64,000 nucleotides of DNA from Bugula neritina. Taxonomy: Eukaryota; Animalia; Bryozoa. Under the pieces are notes generated by a model. That model did not search any database. It saw only the letters and a list, made by a program, of their open reading frames with translations, and was not told where the DNA came from. The stretch's first letter is position 1, and each line of letters opens with the position of its first letter. Made by a program: the position numbers and the translations under genes. The stretch lies in contig OZ037771.1 in assembly GCA_964035545.1 (NCBI GenBank), positions 9,479,408 through 9,543,407 on the forward strand, given 5' to 3'. Below are positions 27,216 through 41,900 of the stretch, piece by piece.

Positions 27216-29889
27216 TACTGGTCATTATGTGCAGCTACAAGGCAGTGTACATTGTTAATGAAAGAGCACATAGTATAGAGATAGGCTAATAGATAACCTA
27301 TCTGCTTATCCAGTTAATTTGTTGATGAAATCTAACATGTGTACGCCTCTGTGTAAATATAATATGATAGATCCAATACACATCCCTTATCAAGCTAATG
27401 AATGCAAGAGGGTATAATATAATATAATATAGTGCATGGTTATACTGAGTACAATGCAACTTGTTGTAGCTCATTCTCAGCTGCAGGGATACTTTTTAAA
27501 AGGATTCTGATAAACCAATTTTAGAGCAGATGGCTGGATATTGTCTGTCTGACCTATATAACTACAGAGTTTCAGGGGGATAACTCTAAAAACTAGCTAA
27601 CCTAGCTCACACTAAAATGTATTTATGTTCAAATATAAAAAGTTGAGACAAATAAATTGAAGATGGCTTTTGTGTCACAAACAGATTGTGTTACTGTTTT
27701 GTGATACGAAACCTATAGTTGGAAACCAAGAACAGTCACACTAAAAATTCATGGTTTAAATTATCGATCTTAAAAATTGCTGTCAATTGATAAGCGCTGT
27801 GTGCTATCACATATTATTGATACTATTGTCACACTATTTATATATGGTACTTGTTGAAAGGAACAACCTGCTCCTTCATACCAAAACTTTTCCCAGTAAA
27901 AGTTTTATGAAGTTGAATGATAGCAACAGGTAGGAAACTTTAATAAAACATTCTGTAGATGCAGATCGAGGTTAAGACTGTACTTATTTGTTATTTGTTA
28001 TATGTTGAGATATACAATAAGGGAATTCTATACTAAAGAATGAGCAATGCCCTAAGTTTGGTTATTACTTCTATTTAAACCGAATTGAATTTATAAATGT
28101 GATAATTACTACTAATAGCAGCCAAGAAGTAACAAGTCTGACCCAGGAATGTATATTAACTCGCAGATACTGTGTGCAGGAAATGAAAGAAGTAAAGAAA
28201 ATAAACAACTGATAGCATTAAATAACTGTTTGTTAGCCATTGTTGAAACAGGTTTTATTTGGTCTGCAGTCATTGAACTCACTTAAGCAAAGCTCACCTT
28301 AAGTTGATTTTGATTGCTCAATCTCTCATTGGCTATAGTCTTGCTTAATGCTAATCTTTATATAAGTCTGTAAAGGTAAGTGTAGGCGCATGCTTAAATG
28401 TGAAAGACTTTTTGTCTGTTAACTACATTCATCATATCATCAAAAGCCTGTAACAATTGAAAAATAAACAGCTTAATTTAGGCATAAAAAATGACATGCA
28501 GGGCTTGATAACTTAAAATTCAGGACTCTTCTTTATGAAAACATTTGCAGATAAGACAACTCTTTGTGACATTTGTGCAAAACTTGAGAATCGAGTGGTT
28601 AGCATGTGGGTTTGAGTTGTTTTGAGTTGTTTTGAGTTTGAGGTGTATTTGCATGGCAGTGACTTTCTATCTGGAAGTGTAAAGGGAAATGAAATAGACT
28701 TCACAAAAATTAAACAAGCAATTATCTACTCTCAACAAGACACATGCCAAAGAAAAAGTTATTTTGAATGGTACATGTAATTTTTTAATGACTCCAAAGC
28801 TGTGTGCAGTGAGTTTAATTTTTTTCAATATATAATATATGGTATGATATTTAGAGAGGGGACAACTGCTAATTGAAAATTTAACTTCAAAGATGAAAAG
28901 GTGTTTCCAGGTGAGTGCATTGTGATGAATAATTCAATTCAAATCCTTAAAATTTTTCAATTATTATCCGCAGTTATAAACAGAAATGTAGTGCATGACA
29001 ATGGCCATGATTTGCTCCTAAAGTCTCAATGTCCCAACAAGAACCCAGAGATGAAGGATTCTTACGTAGGTTAAAAACTGTGCTTCTCATTGTGCAGGCT
29101 AGCAACATGGTTTGATCAGGAGAAAATGTGATGACTTCAATGGGATTCTTTATAGGGCTTACAAAGCCAACACTGTTGCTAATATCACTATAAGTCTTAA
29201 ACTGACTTCATTTGCTGACTGCAAACCATGTGTTCTGATTCTGATGAATAACTGATAGACAAAAGGATTTCCTTTACCTTATATATGTAGCTGTAAAAAC
29301 ATGACGGCCATCACTGCTACTGCAGAATTCAAAACTTTGCAAAACATTTTATAAGGGATTTAAACATTCACAGTTCAAGGGGTAGGCTAAGGGACAAGAT
29401 ACAGGCTCTTCCAGTTAAGTCAAGTTAAGTCAAGACTAAACTGGAATCACAGAATAATTTAAATGCGGAAAAATAGAATATTGTTTATGTGGAACATGCT
29501 GGCATCTGCGAATCATTCATAGAGCATACAGTGATTATCAACCCACAACCATTATACAGAGGCCAGTTTAAAAGGTGTAGACAACTATAATAGTAGTCAT
29601 GGTTAAAATAATTATATTGAACATGCACATATAATAATAATAGTAAATTGTATATAGGCATGTAATTATTATAACATAGCACATGGTATGATTAAGAAAA
29701 GTGATTGATGATGATACAGTAACCAGGTGTTAACAACATGGATTTTACATACATTCAAACCAATGGATGTTTCATACATCAACATGAGGAAATGTTTTTG
29801 CTTATACATACAGACATATGTACATATGCATATACGTAGCTTACTGTCTCATAACTACATATATGTATATTACAATGCATACCATGAGT

Positions 29890-30401
29890 CAGGGTTGGGG
29901 TAATTGTAATTGGTTGTAATTAATTACATTTTTTCAAGTAACTGAATGTAATTTGTAATTGATATAGAAAAATGTAATTGTAGTTAATTACATTGCTAAT
30001 GTAATTGAATTTTACAATTACTTCATAATTACATAACAATTATTTCAAATTTTTAAATCTTATAAAATTCATATTTTTCCTGTCTTGCCTACTGTTCAAT
30101 GAAAAGTTTAGATTAATTTGTCGTCGTATTTATCACTCTATTGGTTACTGTTGAGAACAAAGAAGGTTGTCCATTGTCAAAGTTGTCCTGGGTAGCTGGA
30201 CCTCAGAAGGGAGATTATATAACTTCTATTTGTCTCTTGTGAGAACAAAAGAAACTGTAATTGTAATTAATTACATTGCCATGTAATTGTAATTGTAACT
30301 AATTACATTTATTTTAACTGTAATTATAATTGTAATTGTAATTGACAAATTCTCATGTAATTGTAATTAATTACATTCATATGTAATTGACCTCAACCCT
30401 G
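29890..30401. mobile_element. hAT-type MITE (512 bp)
   Basis: TIR CAGGGTTG(G/A)GGT; 8-bp TSD ccatgagt at 29882-89 and 30402-09; internal GTAATT repeats. Confidence 0.88.
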
Positions 30402-30849
30402 CCATGAGTACCTGCATTTTATCTCTGCATCTATATCAAGCTGAACATACTTTTTTAAGCAAAATTATATTATCAGATGAAATATTAGATGCGTGCAGTC
30501 ATAGTAACTGTTGGAATTTTAATGACAAGTGAGTAGAGGAGAATGGAATCAATTATTAGTCATACTATTTCTTAATGAACTGTCTGATAGAGTCTGAATG
30601 GCTACCAGCTTTGACAAACACCTAAAAATTCATTGCATATATTATCTTTACTGTATATTATCTTTATGTATATAAGTATAAACAGTGCACCTAAACAACT
30701 AATTATTCAAAAGACTTCCAAATGAGCTCAAATTATTATTTATACATTATATTATACGAAGTTTATTCCAACAGATTGCTTTACAATATACATGACTATA
30801 GATATATAATGATTATATATATACCTATATATATACCTATATATATACC

Positions 30850-30924
<75 letters not shown>

Positions 30925-33900
30925 GTATGTGCGGTTGTGTACATATACGCATATGTATGTATAATATACACACATGTATATATATAACAGAGGTAGAAAG
31001 TATCACATTATAACATAACTGGTTATACTTGTACAGCACATCATATTTTAGTAATTGTGGAAATATGAACGTCATAAAATTGATTTTGAAAAAAAGAATG
31101 TTCTACAATTGAGTGGCTATAAAAAGATAATGCTGTAATAAAATATAAATACAATGGATAAAATATCAACTGTGCAACATATCTAAAATGAAGATCAGCA
31201 ACAATATTTCTAATAAGCAAAATGTGCTCTATCTGCCAAATGCCACTTGCAATCAATTGTATAGTAATTCATATATTTGGCATTAAGTAGCATCTTCAAC
31301 ACTTTGTATTTGCTAAATCAAGTTGTTGTCATCTTTTAAATCTTCTGTCGTATTATAGGGCTCTTCAGGCATTATATTTTATCAGTTAAGCTACAGTAGA
31401 TGGTGCATAGCTAAATGAAGCCTACACCGCATATAACAGAAAAATCACTACTATTTAGAATGTGTATTCACACCTCAACCATGTACTTTGCTAAGAGAAA
31501 AGGCTGCGTGTTCATCATTTGAGAGCAGACAACTCTTTAATATTTATTAGCAAATAAAGCTATCCACTATGCCCTATGGCATACTGTCTATATTCTACTA
31601 TATGCTTGCAGATCAATATCCTAACAAGCAACAACGTGCATAAGTGAACTGTCAACTTCTATTAAAATTGGTCTGAAAGTTTAATTTAGTGGGATTTTGC
31701 AAGCATAATTTAACTTTGCAACCAAAATGCACTGCAATTGAGTAGAATCGAGCTTTAAAAAGTTTACGTAACATTTTGCATGTGCTCCCCTTCACTCTTG
31801 CTAAAATGAAGAGTGAAGGGGGAGCACATGTAATTATCATTTACGATGCCAACGTAATTAAAAATGCTGTAAAAAGCTAGAAATGTTTAAAATGGTCGAA
31901 CAATAATCTTAGAAAATAATCACATAGTGGCTTGGAATGCACAGCAGCAGGTAAAAATTGGAATACAATTTGATGTCAGTGTTTTGTAGGCTCTAACTAA
32001 GTCTGAGGTCTTCCGACAATTATGTTACAGCGACTCTTTTAAAAAATGATTTCGTACATTTCATCGCTACCACTACCAGTAAACATTCACATTGTGATTG
32101 TGATTAAAATAAAATCATTTGTAAGTTTTGCGAATTAGCTACATTTCCTGTATTATACGGCATGTTTTAATTCAAGCCATCAACCATAGTGCTAGCTACT
32201 TTTGCTCAGCGTGGTATGCAGTTTTCTCTTAGCCAGTGCTACTGCTAGAGCCTAGAAGTAGAAATCGCTAGAAGTAGAAGTACGACTAGCGGAGTACTAC
32301 GCATGGATCAGAGTGAGAATCGCGGTCAGTGGGACACTGGCAGCAAGTATCTCAATCTGGCAAGTGTCGAGTCAATCATCAATATCAATATGCTGTTGAC
32401 TCAATAGGTCAATAAATTTTCAACTGAAACTGAAATAAATTTTACTTATATTTTAGTTGATTAATCATAATGATAATGGATAAAATATAAATGATAAAAT
32501 TAAATACTAATACTAATAGTAATAGTAATATCAATATGAACACGAATGTCAATATGAATATGAATATCATTATGACTATCAAATAATAAAGTTAGCATGT
32601 TGCATTTTTAATATAAATTTTATATTTTGAATTAACAAATTTACAATTTTAAGCTAGAACACACTGATTGTATTTGTAGCCCATATTTTGATGTTACTTC
32701 AAGTTCAATTATAAGTGAAAAGTCTATAGTGTAGTGGTTCGGGAAGTATACCCATCCCGCCTGAGTGGCAAGTGCCAAGGACAGGCAACTTCGAAGACCT
32801 GTTTGCAACCGTCGAACGTAGGCCCCGCTTAAACTCAAAGCTAGAGAAGCGTCTCCTGCAAAGATGGAGCTCACTAGGAGAGTACGGGTGCAACCCTACG
32901 GTGGCAGCTACTTTTTGCCTGGCAAGATAGCTGGCAAAGCTGCCACTTTCCTGGTGAATTCAGGGTGTACCACTAACCTCAAAAGCCGCCAGCTTTTTGA
33001 CACCCTCAGTGCTAGAGACACGGCTGACCTGGCGCCTTACCAAGGAGAACATGGCACGTTGGCGGATGGGTCGTGCATTCTCTTCTACGGCATAGTTGAG
33101 TTGACTGGCAGAGTCTGTGATCAAGCGATCCCAGAGACGTAAATCGTCAGTCAACTCAAGGAGGATGCTATTCTCGGGATGCCATTCTTGATGTGACACA
33201 ATTGCCATATTTACTTTAGCTAGTCGGTGGTGGTTACGGCAGGGTGAGAGCTCACCTGTGTCGACAAGTTTGGCCCTCCGCTTGTGGGGGGCATACAGGT
33301 AGTACGGAGCTCTACGATACTTAGACGTACCCGCGCCACCATTCACTGCAGGGTGAATTGTTGGCGGATCTTCGGACTAGGAGTGGTGAAGGGCGCTCAC
33401 AAAAAGATCCAACTTGCTAACAGCTTGAATCAGCTGGACATGCTGGGGGAGATCTTAGTGCAGTGCGTAAATCCCTTCACGGAGCCGGTGGGGCTATCGC
33501 CTGAGTTCCTGGTGGGCCGGTTTCACTCGGTCCAGGAAGGAGATGTGGAGCTGTCGTTGAGCAAGACGACGGGACACCCCTACCGACCCCCCAAGGGAGG
33601 TCGGGGACCGGTCCCGAGTCACGTCAGAGACTTGTACAACGGAGCCTGTCAGGGCTGCATGAGTGATGGTGAACGCCTTGCAATGGTGAAGTTACTCCGT
33701 GAGTACAAGGACGTGTTTAGCAGTGGAGACCATGACATGGGCCTGACTCATGCTGTCCATCACGGGATTCTTCTGGCTGCGGGAACCGTCCTGATCCGGC
33801 AACCTACACGTAGGTTGGGGCTGGAAAGAGAGAAAAAGGTAAGCCGACAAGTCCGGGATCTTCTGGACTGCAGCCTCATAGAGCCAGCACATAGTGCGTA

Positions 33901-36900
33901 GAGCTTGCCGGTCGTTTTGGTTCGGAAGAAAGACGGGAGTTGGCGGTTCTGCGTAAATTATTGCAAGCTCAATAGCCTAACCATGCAGGACGCATACTCC
34001 CTTTTCGTATCGTTGAGTCCCTGCCCGCCCTGGCCGGTAGCAAGTATTTCAGCACACTAGACTTGCTTAGCGGGTACTGGCAGGTCCCCTTAGTCCTGAC
34101 GCCTAAGATAAGGCTGCGTTTATAATGCGGGATAGGCTCTGAAAATGGAAGGTGTTGCTGTTCGGGTTGACCTCTGCCTCGGCCACCTTTCCAGGTTTTC
34201 AGTGGGCTTCACTGAAAGACGTTGCTCATTTACCTCGATGACATCATCAAAATCTCTCCAGACTTCGCGACTCTTGTCAGCCGTCCGAGGAAAGTCTTCG
34301 ATTGACTTGAAGGTGCCGGTCTAAAAGTGAAACCTTCCAAATGGGCTCTGTTACAGCCGGAGGTTAAGTACCTAGGGCACAAGTCGTGGGCTGTAACGGC
34401 ATTGCGACGGATCCTGACAAGGTACGTGCAGTGACTGGGTCACTCCCTAGAGTTTGAGCGGACTCCGGGCATTCCTGGGCTTGGTGGTGTATTATCGGCA
34501 ATACATACCTGACTTTGCGGGGATAGCGCAGCTGCTGAATTGGCTCACCGCAAAGGGGGTCCAATGGCAGTGGATCCCGACTGAACAGCAAGCATTCAAC
34601 CGCCTCAAGGGTTGCTTGCTCAGAGCACCTGTCTTGGCCTACCCCGATCCCGCACGGAAATACATCCTGGACAATGATGCCAGCGACCACAATGTGGGTG
34701 CAGTACTGTCGCAGGTCCAGGAGGGTTGGGAGGTAGTCGTTGCTTACTACAGTAAAGCCCTCTCCATCGCCAAAAATAATTACTGCACTACCAAGAAGGA
34801 ACTCCTGGCGGTAATCAAGGCGGTGAAACACTTCAGACCTTATTTCTACGGCAGAATGTTCCGGCTGCGGACGTACTATGCTTCATTGATCTGGTTGTGT
34901 AAAAGGGCTGAGTTTTCCAGCTAGGTCGCACGGTGGCTTGAAGTCCTGGCCAAATTCTCCTACAGGATCGAACATCAATCCCGGAAGAAACAAGGCAATG
35001 CAGACAGCAAAGCCTACAACCAAGCAGAGGATGCAGGCAGTGCCTCGGCATTGATAAGAGAGACAAAGGCCTCATACACTCCGAGGTGGAGGCATAACTT
35101 GAAGATGGAGGCGGATACAGTTGGACGCATGGTCGGCTAGTGCCTAACAATTCTGCCGATGCTGTGTGTGCCCTTCGCGCCAACTCCGTTTTGGCTGATA
35201 ACGTCACTGAGCTGAAAAAACTATAGGAAACCTTGCCTGGGGTAGTGGCCGACGTCTATCGAGTCAAAAAGTAGGGCAGGCGGCCCAGTGAGGAGGAGCA
35301 GCGGCAGAGGTGTGCTGAATTTCAGATGTTCTGCTTTCGCTGGGACTCTTTGCGGATCAAAGAAGATGGGCTCCTGAGCATCACGTTGTTTGCCACCGAC
35401 AAGCACCCGAAGCAGGAGCGGGTGGTCGATCTCTTCGCCATCTGCCGAGAGTTAATTTGGGACACACACAAGCAGGCTCACCCAGGAGTCCAATGGGTGT
35501 TCATGAAATTACAACTACGATGGTATTGGCCGGGGATGGGCGCGACGTGCGTCTCAAATGAAACAGTGTTAGATCTGCCAGGCCAGTAAGCTTGGCCGAC
35601 CCCCAGATGACTTGGGACAGCGACTGCTGTAAGCCCCATGCCCCTGATACCCCGAGGCAGCAGCTGGATTTTGGTGCTCACGGACTACTCTACTCGGTGG
35701 GCTGACGCCTTGGCTATCCCAGATGCGCCGGCTCTAACTGTGACCCAGGTGCTTGACCAGAATGTTTTCTGCTATCTTGGCCTCCCAGAGCAGATACATT
35801 CGAACCAAGGTGCCCAGTTTAAGTCTCAGCTCATGAGTGACCTCTGTCGCCTCTGAGGGTGAATCAGAGCAAAACCACCCGGTACTATTCTCAAGGTAAT
35901 GCGGTTGTAGAGCGCAACAACCACATGCTGGAAGATGTGCTCTGGAGCCTGCTCCTCGGCCGCGGCCAAGAAGAATGGAATTCGGTACTTTCGCAGGTCA
36001 TGCGGGCCTACCACAGTACCCCCACACTAGCAGGCGTGAGACTCCCAACTTCTTGATGCTCGGTTGAGAAACCCCGGTCCCTGACCACTTGACCTATCAC
36101 AATCCCAACCACTATAACTCTGTGCATAAGCATATGGAGCAGTTGATGGAACGTATGAGGGCTGCAGAGAGAAGCAATGGCAATTGCGGAACGAGAACTC
36201 TGACGAGCCTCCCTTCTATCAGGTGGGTATAAATGGCCAACTACCGTAGGCGCCGTGGACAAGGGGCGAAGTTGCAGCCCAAGTTCGTGGGCCCTACTTG
36301 GTAGTCGAGGCTCTGCCCAACCATATGTTCAAGATCGAACGCTCAGGACAGGTGTCTATCCAGAGTGAGGTTCGCTTGAAACCGTACTGGGCTAGCCCCG
36401 ATGCCGTAGGAGAAGCACATCCGTTGCTAGAGCCCAGGAGGTAGACGGCAACGTGGGGGTGGATACAGCACGGACCAGAATTTGAAATCGTTGTGCCGCG
36501 GGACAGGGATCTGGTTAGAGATATGCGGCCACCTTCGCTATCAGAGGATAGGCCGCCGTCTCTAGCGCCAGTTCCCGTCTTGCCACCCTTTACGCCAAAT
36601 CCGGGCCAGGAGGTGGGGACCCTCCCTGGAGGACGATCCCAACTCAAACGGCGAGGCCGGAACCAATGGTGATTCTTTCTGCCCTGGCGGCTCCCTCAGT
36701 GAGTTTCACGGACCCGAGGGCGGAGCCCCCGCTGTTTCTGAAAAGAAGTCAGCAGTCACGGCAACCCCCGCTTTACCTGCAAGACTTTGTATGCGACTGC
36801 CTACAAGATTGTGAGTCATGCGGTGGGCCCTGCAGGGAGTTGCCGCAGGCAGTGTAGGAGTTGTGCACCCAAAAGTGAAAATGACCTTTGCGAGGGCGGA

Positions 36901-36932
36901 GAGTTGGGCGGAATTAATCTGCCAGCAGCATA

Positions 36933-38163
36933 ATGCGCGAGTCACTTACACTTTCATACGCAGCAGTGGTCAAGGCTGGACGTGTGTCGTATAAAACACA
37001 TAACTTCATCTCCAAATGTTCAGGTATGCAATCAAATACTGAGTTTAGAGGTCTGTCATCTAGCTCTAGTATTCCTACTCACATAGAAATGGGTCTATTG
37101 TCAGCTGACTCTGACTCAATTAATTTAGTTGAGTTAGACTCTGTCAGCGGTGAATGGCGACGAAAGCATGGAAATAACAGACAATCTATTAGATCTTGAG
37201 CTGAAATCCATGCCTTTCAGTCAGCCTACACCACTGCCATCTGTCTCACGAGTGCCGTATAAAGGAGTTTGTGACTCTCAGACTGTTCAAAGTCGGGTTT
37301 CACATGAATTACGTTGTAAAGATTTATGTCGATCTAACACTAATTCTACTCTTTTAGATCTCACTCGACCTGCCTCGTCAGGTGCCCCGTCCTCACCAGA
37401 ATCTGTCTGGTACCAACACCTCGTCTCGGCCAAAGAAGTTGGCTGCCATCCTTCTAAGACGGTTGTGTCAGACAGCTGCAGTTACTGAACAAAAAATCTC
37501 TGAGGCAAGGGGAGCCTGGAGACTATGCCAACAGGTCTTCACAACTCCAAGGCGACTTGAAGTGCACATGCCACAACATTTTGTGACGACGTTTTGTCCT
37601 TGTGGTGAGTTCAGTTATCACCAATATTATATCTTGAGGCATTAGAGGACTATGAAGTGCTACCAAGGCCACCTCTTTGACGTAGACGAACCAACTTTCC
37701 ACCTATTCTTCAGTATTATTCAACCTCTAGTACAGGACCGTCCATCTCGCGGGTTTCCGACTCCCACCCTATTTCTGAAGGACCATTACCCAGACCCCTC
37801 TCGATCCAAGAAGGAGGAAAAGGCTACCACGTCTCTCAATCTCGCCAGTCCCCTAGGATAATGCTTCAGAGGTTGGACACGGATGTTACTTCATCCGGAC
37901 TCCATGACTCTAGCCAACGGTCCCACTCACGCGACTCTAGGTCGTCCCTTCATTCCCAGAAGAAGAAGAGGCGGGCTTCTCCGTCCCCGGTGCCTGCATC
38001 TACCTCCGCCCTCTCCTCCTCAATCCGTAAAATGAAGATAAGGATTTCCCACTTAGAGTCAAAACTGTTCCATCTGACTCCACAGATCCTGGCAGCCACG
38101 AATGAGCTAAACTTCCTAAGGGATTCGTTGCATAAATTGAAGAAGCGGGCTAAGCGTTCTTGA
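36933..38163 (+). pseudogene. Broken accessory ORF in Gypsy 1: S-rich region, C2H2-like zinc fingers, basic NLS-like patch, coiled coil
   Basis: ORF fragments (W)RLCQQVFTTPRRLEVHMPQH, CPCGEFSYHQYYILRH*RTMKC, SQKKKRRASP and IRISHLESKL...NELNFLRDSLHKLKKR. Confidence 0.6.
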
Positions 38164-38470
38164 GACAGCCTGCCGTCACTTCGGGTATGCTTACATTTTC
38201 TTTAGTATTTTTAAATCCCCTTTGGATTCTCACATCTTGTTCTTTTAGGTAGCAGTTGTTCACTGCTCGTTACAACCCCACTTCATTGGTTGCAATTGTG
38301 GGTTGCAACTGTGATACAATTATCTCAAATCAGATCTTTTCCATATATTTTGTAAAATAATTTTATAATTATGTACTTTTTATATAAAACTGTTTTTTAT
38401 GGTTTTGCTTCCATTACTGATACTTTCCTGCATTTCTTGGAATTATCAGAAAGTAGTGTTGGAAGGGGGG

Positions 38471-38916
38471 TGTAGTGGTTGGGGGAAGTTTTGCCCCTCA
38501 CTGTCTCCTCCTAAACATAGGCTATATTTATTATGGTACAACTAACGTCAAGGATGACAGCTCTGCAAGCCATGCCGCAATTCCATGCGGCGCCCCGTTA
38601 CTCTCCACGATGACACTGCCGGAATCTTATCTCATCCAATCAGGATCAACTCTCGGTATATAAAAGATACCTTCCAGCGCACACAGCCAGTCTTGACAGT
38701 AGTAGTAGACAAATAGGTTAACTATATGTAACATTTTTTATGGATTATATTTGTTCTCTTTTGTACTTATGATTTATCTCTTTCTGTATAATTAGCTACA
38801 ATACAGTTCTCTCTTTAAACAATCAACTAGTTCGGTTCTTCACATAACCTCACAAGTGGATATGCAGTAAATACCAGCACGCAATACCACCCTAACTAGT
38901 AGTGCACAAAACTACA
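38471..38916 (+). repeat. 3' LTR of Gypsy element 1 (446 bp)
   Basis: Starts TGTAGT immediately after the PPT and ends ACTACA (inverted termini); internal TATATAAAA at ~38658. Confidence 0.85.
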
Positions 38917-41900
38917 GCAAAATATTTTTAAAATTATATATAAGTTGAAATTAAGGTTTTAATTATTGTTGTTTTATAGAGGTTCAGATGGATGAGTGGT
39001 AATATAAATATTTATTTAGTAAATGTTAAAATAAAAAATTTGATAAAATTTATACTAATTTGAATGGTAATGTAGAACCAAAGGTTGACTGATTAATGGT
39101 TGTTGTATTTCAACTATTATTATGGTATTTATCTATTATTATGGTATTTATCTATTATTATGGTATTTATCTATTATTAGTTACTTTAATATTGCTAAGA
39201 TTACAACTTTATTTGTTGCATATAAATAAACTTATATTAGAAGTCAATTTCAAAGTAGTTAAATACACTTTATTTTAACTGCTAAATGCATTTAACTAAT
39301 CGCAAATTGAAGTTTTTATTGATTGTATATTTTCTTTTGAAGATACACCAAACACATACACACACATATTTTCATATTGGCTTGATCAACTACCTGCCCG
39401 CTAGTTCAAATTAACTTGAGTCAGCTCATGTCATTGCCTAACTTGGCACAGATTTGAAATAGTTCTATTTGTGTTGCAACTTGATTTGTGTCTGGACAAC
39501 TATTGATTTCATTTGCTGTGACTAACCTATATTGATATTACAAAATATGAGCATACCTTTAGAAATCATCAAATTCTTACTTGGCTTGTAACCCGCTTTG
39601 CAAAAGGCAATGATGATTGCAAACTAACCCAAGATTTTGCAGGTTTTACTGACACTTATGCTCTACTCAAATGGACCTAAAGCACTGGGGTACGAGATTG
39701 TTTTAAATTTACAAGTATTTTGATTTTCATATGTGTCTGGCCAGTCTAAAGTATTTCAATGATTTTTATGTTTGTCTATTTGATAGTAGAGATGAGTAGA
39801 CTTTATATGAAATAACCTATGTTGTAGTATGTATTGCAATGTGAGAACTCTTTTGCCAAACAAAATGGGATGTTGAGCAAACACAACATCAATGAAATTT
39901 ATTCGATAAATTTGTTGTAGTTTTTCATGCCACATTTTTACAGCATATACTCGTTAATCTAGGTATGCACAAGACAAGAGCAGGTCCCGGTCCAGAACCT
40001 AGCAGAGGAATCTATGGTTTTGTAGTGTATTTGGGTGGCATTTTATGTTTTGGTAATTATCTTATGTTATCTTAGCAGCGTAATAATATTATGTTTTATT
40101 AGCAATGACTATGTTTAAAAGTGGAGAACTCATATTTTAACTATTTCTATTCAGTGATGTCATTAGAAAGTTTGATTTTGCTTAAAAATAGTACACAATT
40201 TAGAGAGCTGAAATTTGCTGCCTTCAGTGAAGATGTTTTATTCTGTAGTTGTGTACGTTGTCTGGGCATATATCCCACCTCCTCTTCTTTATTCTCTTGG
40301 CCTCACCTATTGGCCTCAAAGGTAATGTAATCAATTACAATATCATCTATATTAAACTGTGTATGATAATTTACCTCAGCAAGAAAAGTACCATAATTTT
40401 GCTATAAATAAACTTACTGTACTTTCAGACAGCCATTTTACAAACTGCATCATGACAAATAATTTTTAAATATCATAACTTACATGCATTTGTGTTATCT
40501 AATGTAGGTACTGGACCATAGCAATACCCTTCTACCTTAGCTGTGCTGCTCTGGTCTCCTTCATTGTCTTGGCTGCCCTAAATTTTCTAACAGTAGTTCC
40601 TATAAATTCAATACACAGCATTCAAGGTCAGATATTACACACGCATACATTTACATGTCATATTTAACATTCTGTTTGGTCTTAAACTAAGATGAAGTTG
40701 TAGTCAAAATATTGGTGTTATTTTTGCCATTTTTCACTACTACAGATTCATAAGTTATTAGATGTTTTTCTATTAATTATGACCAGCTGGTTATATTAGC
40801 TACTTGTTATATTTAACTAATCACTAGTCAAGTGTTTGTTAGTATCATCTATGTTTTTGTGAAACGAGTAAAAAGGTTCATAGTATTTCTGTGATAGTTT
40901 GATTCAAAAGCAGCAATGCAAATTGTATTAAAATATCACAATATACCTATAAACTTTGTTCTCACAATTGAGTTTGGCATTCTAATTGGTGTTCCCTTTG
41001 CACATAGCACATAGCCAGTGACCATGTTTTGACGCCAGAAGTTTGCAGTCAAATTGTCTAATTTGATTCCTTTTTCATTACATTTTATAGATTCTGCTCC
41101 GATACAAGAACATATTATAGAGGACAACTCTGAACAATCAAATATACCAAAAATTAAAGATATACCAATTGATGTCTACTGTAAGAATGTGTATACTCTG
41201 GCATCATGTGACCACACATGAGCTAATTATTGTAACCGTCTCCCACCTCTATCAACAGTAGCTAAAGTTTATCAACAAAGCTAAAATACTAAGCAGTTCA
41301 TCAGGGAATCACTATGGATTGTCTATGATAGTAAATAGCTTTGATTTTATGCAAGTTAGCAGATATACACTTTAGCTTAAGATTTTGAAGATAATTTTGC
41401 TTTGGAAAACAGCAACAGCCAATCATATTATCATGGCTGGAGTTAGGCACTCCAATGGTAGCATGTGGTAACCTTTTTATTTGTACACTCTACATCAATT
41501 TGTGTCAATAATGCTAGTAAGTTGTTAAGGCTACTAATTTATGATCACCTATTCGTGCCTTCACCTTTGTATAATTCTGAGTGGCAAAGTACTAACTACT
41601 TAGGTGTAACTGAATGTATTGTAAAAAGTTAAATCATTTTTATCATTTGCAGTCAGTAAAGTACCTATGCTCAAATATATCAACAAACTTGTTGCTGTGG
41701 TTAAGTTTTTGTTTAGTAATTTACCAGTAAAAATACAAAATTATAGGCATTACTCAAATTGCAAAATAAATCATATTTGCAACAATATTATTTATTCATT
41801 AAAAAATTGACATTGCATAATATACCAACTTATGTTAAAATTTTATCAAATTAAAAAAAATAAAAAAGTAGAAAAACTCAATATATTGGCATACAGCTGC

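Larger units (their letters stand above)
32730..38916 (+). mobile_element. Decayed Ty3/Gypsy LTR retrotransposon 1 (PR-RT-RH-INT, extra 3' ORF, 3' LTR)
   Basis: Protease FLVNSGCTTN (32864-33142), RT YLDDII (~34231), RNase H DASDHNVGAVLSQ/YCTTKKELLAVI (34454-34924), integrase HSNQGAQF/GNAVVER (35638-36056). Many stops and frameshifts. PPT ggaagggggg at 38461-38470. Confidence 0.92.

Noticed and set aside
28513-28704. Possible upstream coding exon of the TRIM2/3-like gene
   Set aside because: Good acceptor, but all frames terminate and there is no RING-like pattern.
39114-39179. 19-bp x3.5 repeat ctattattatggtatttat
   Set aside because: Ordinary short slippage repeat in AT-rich DNA.
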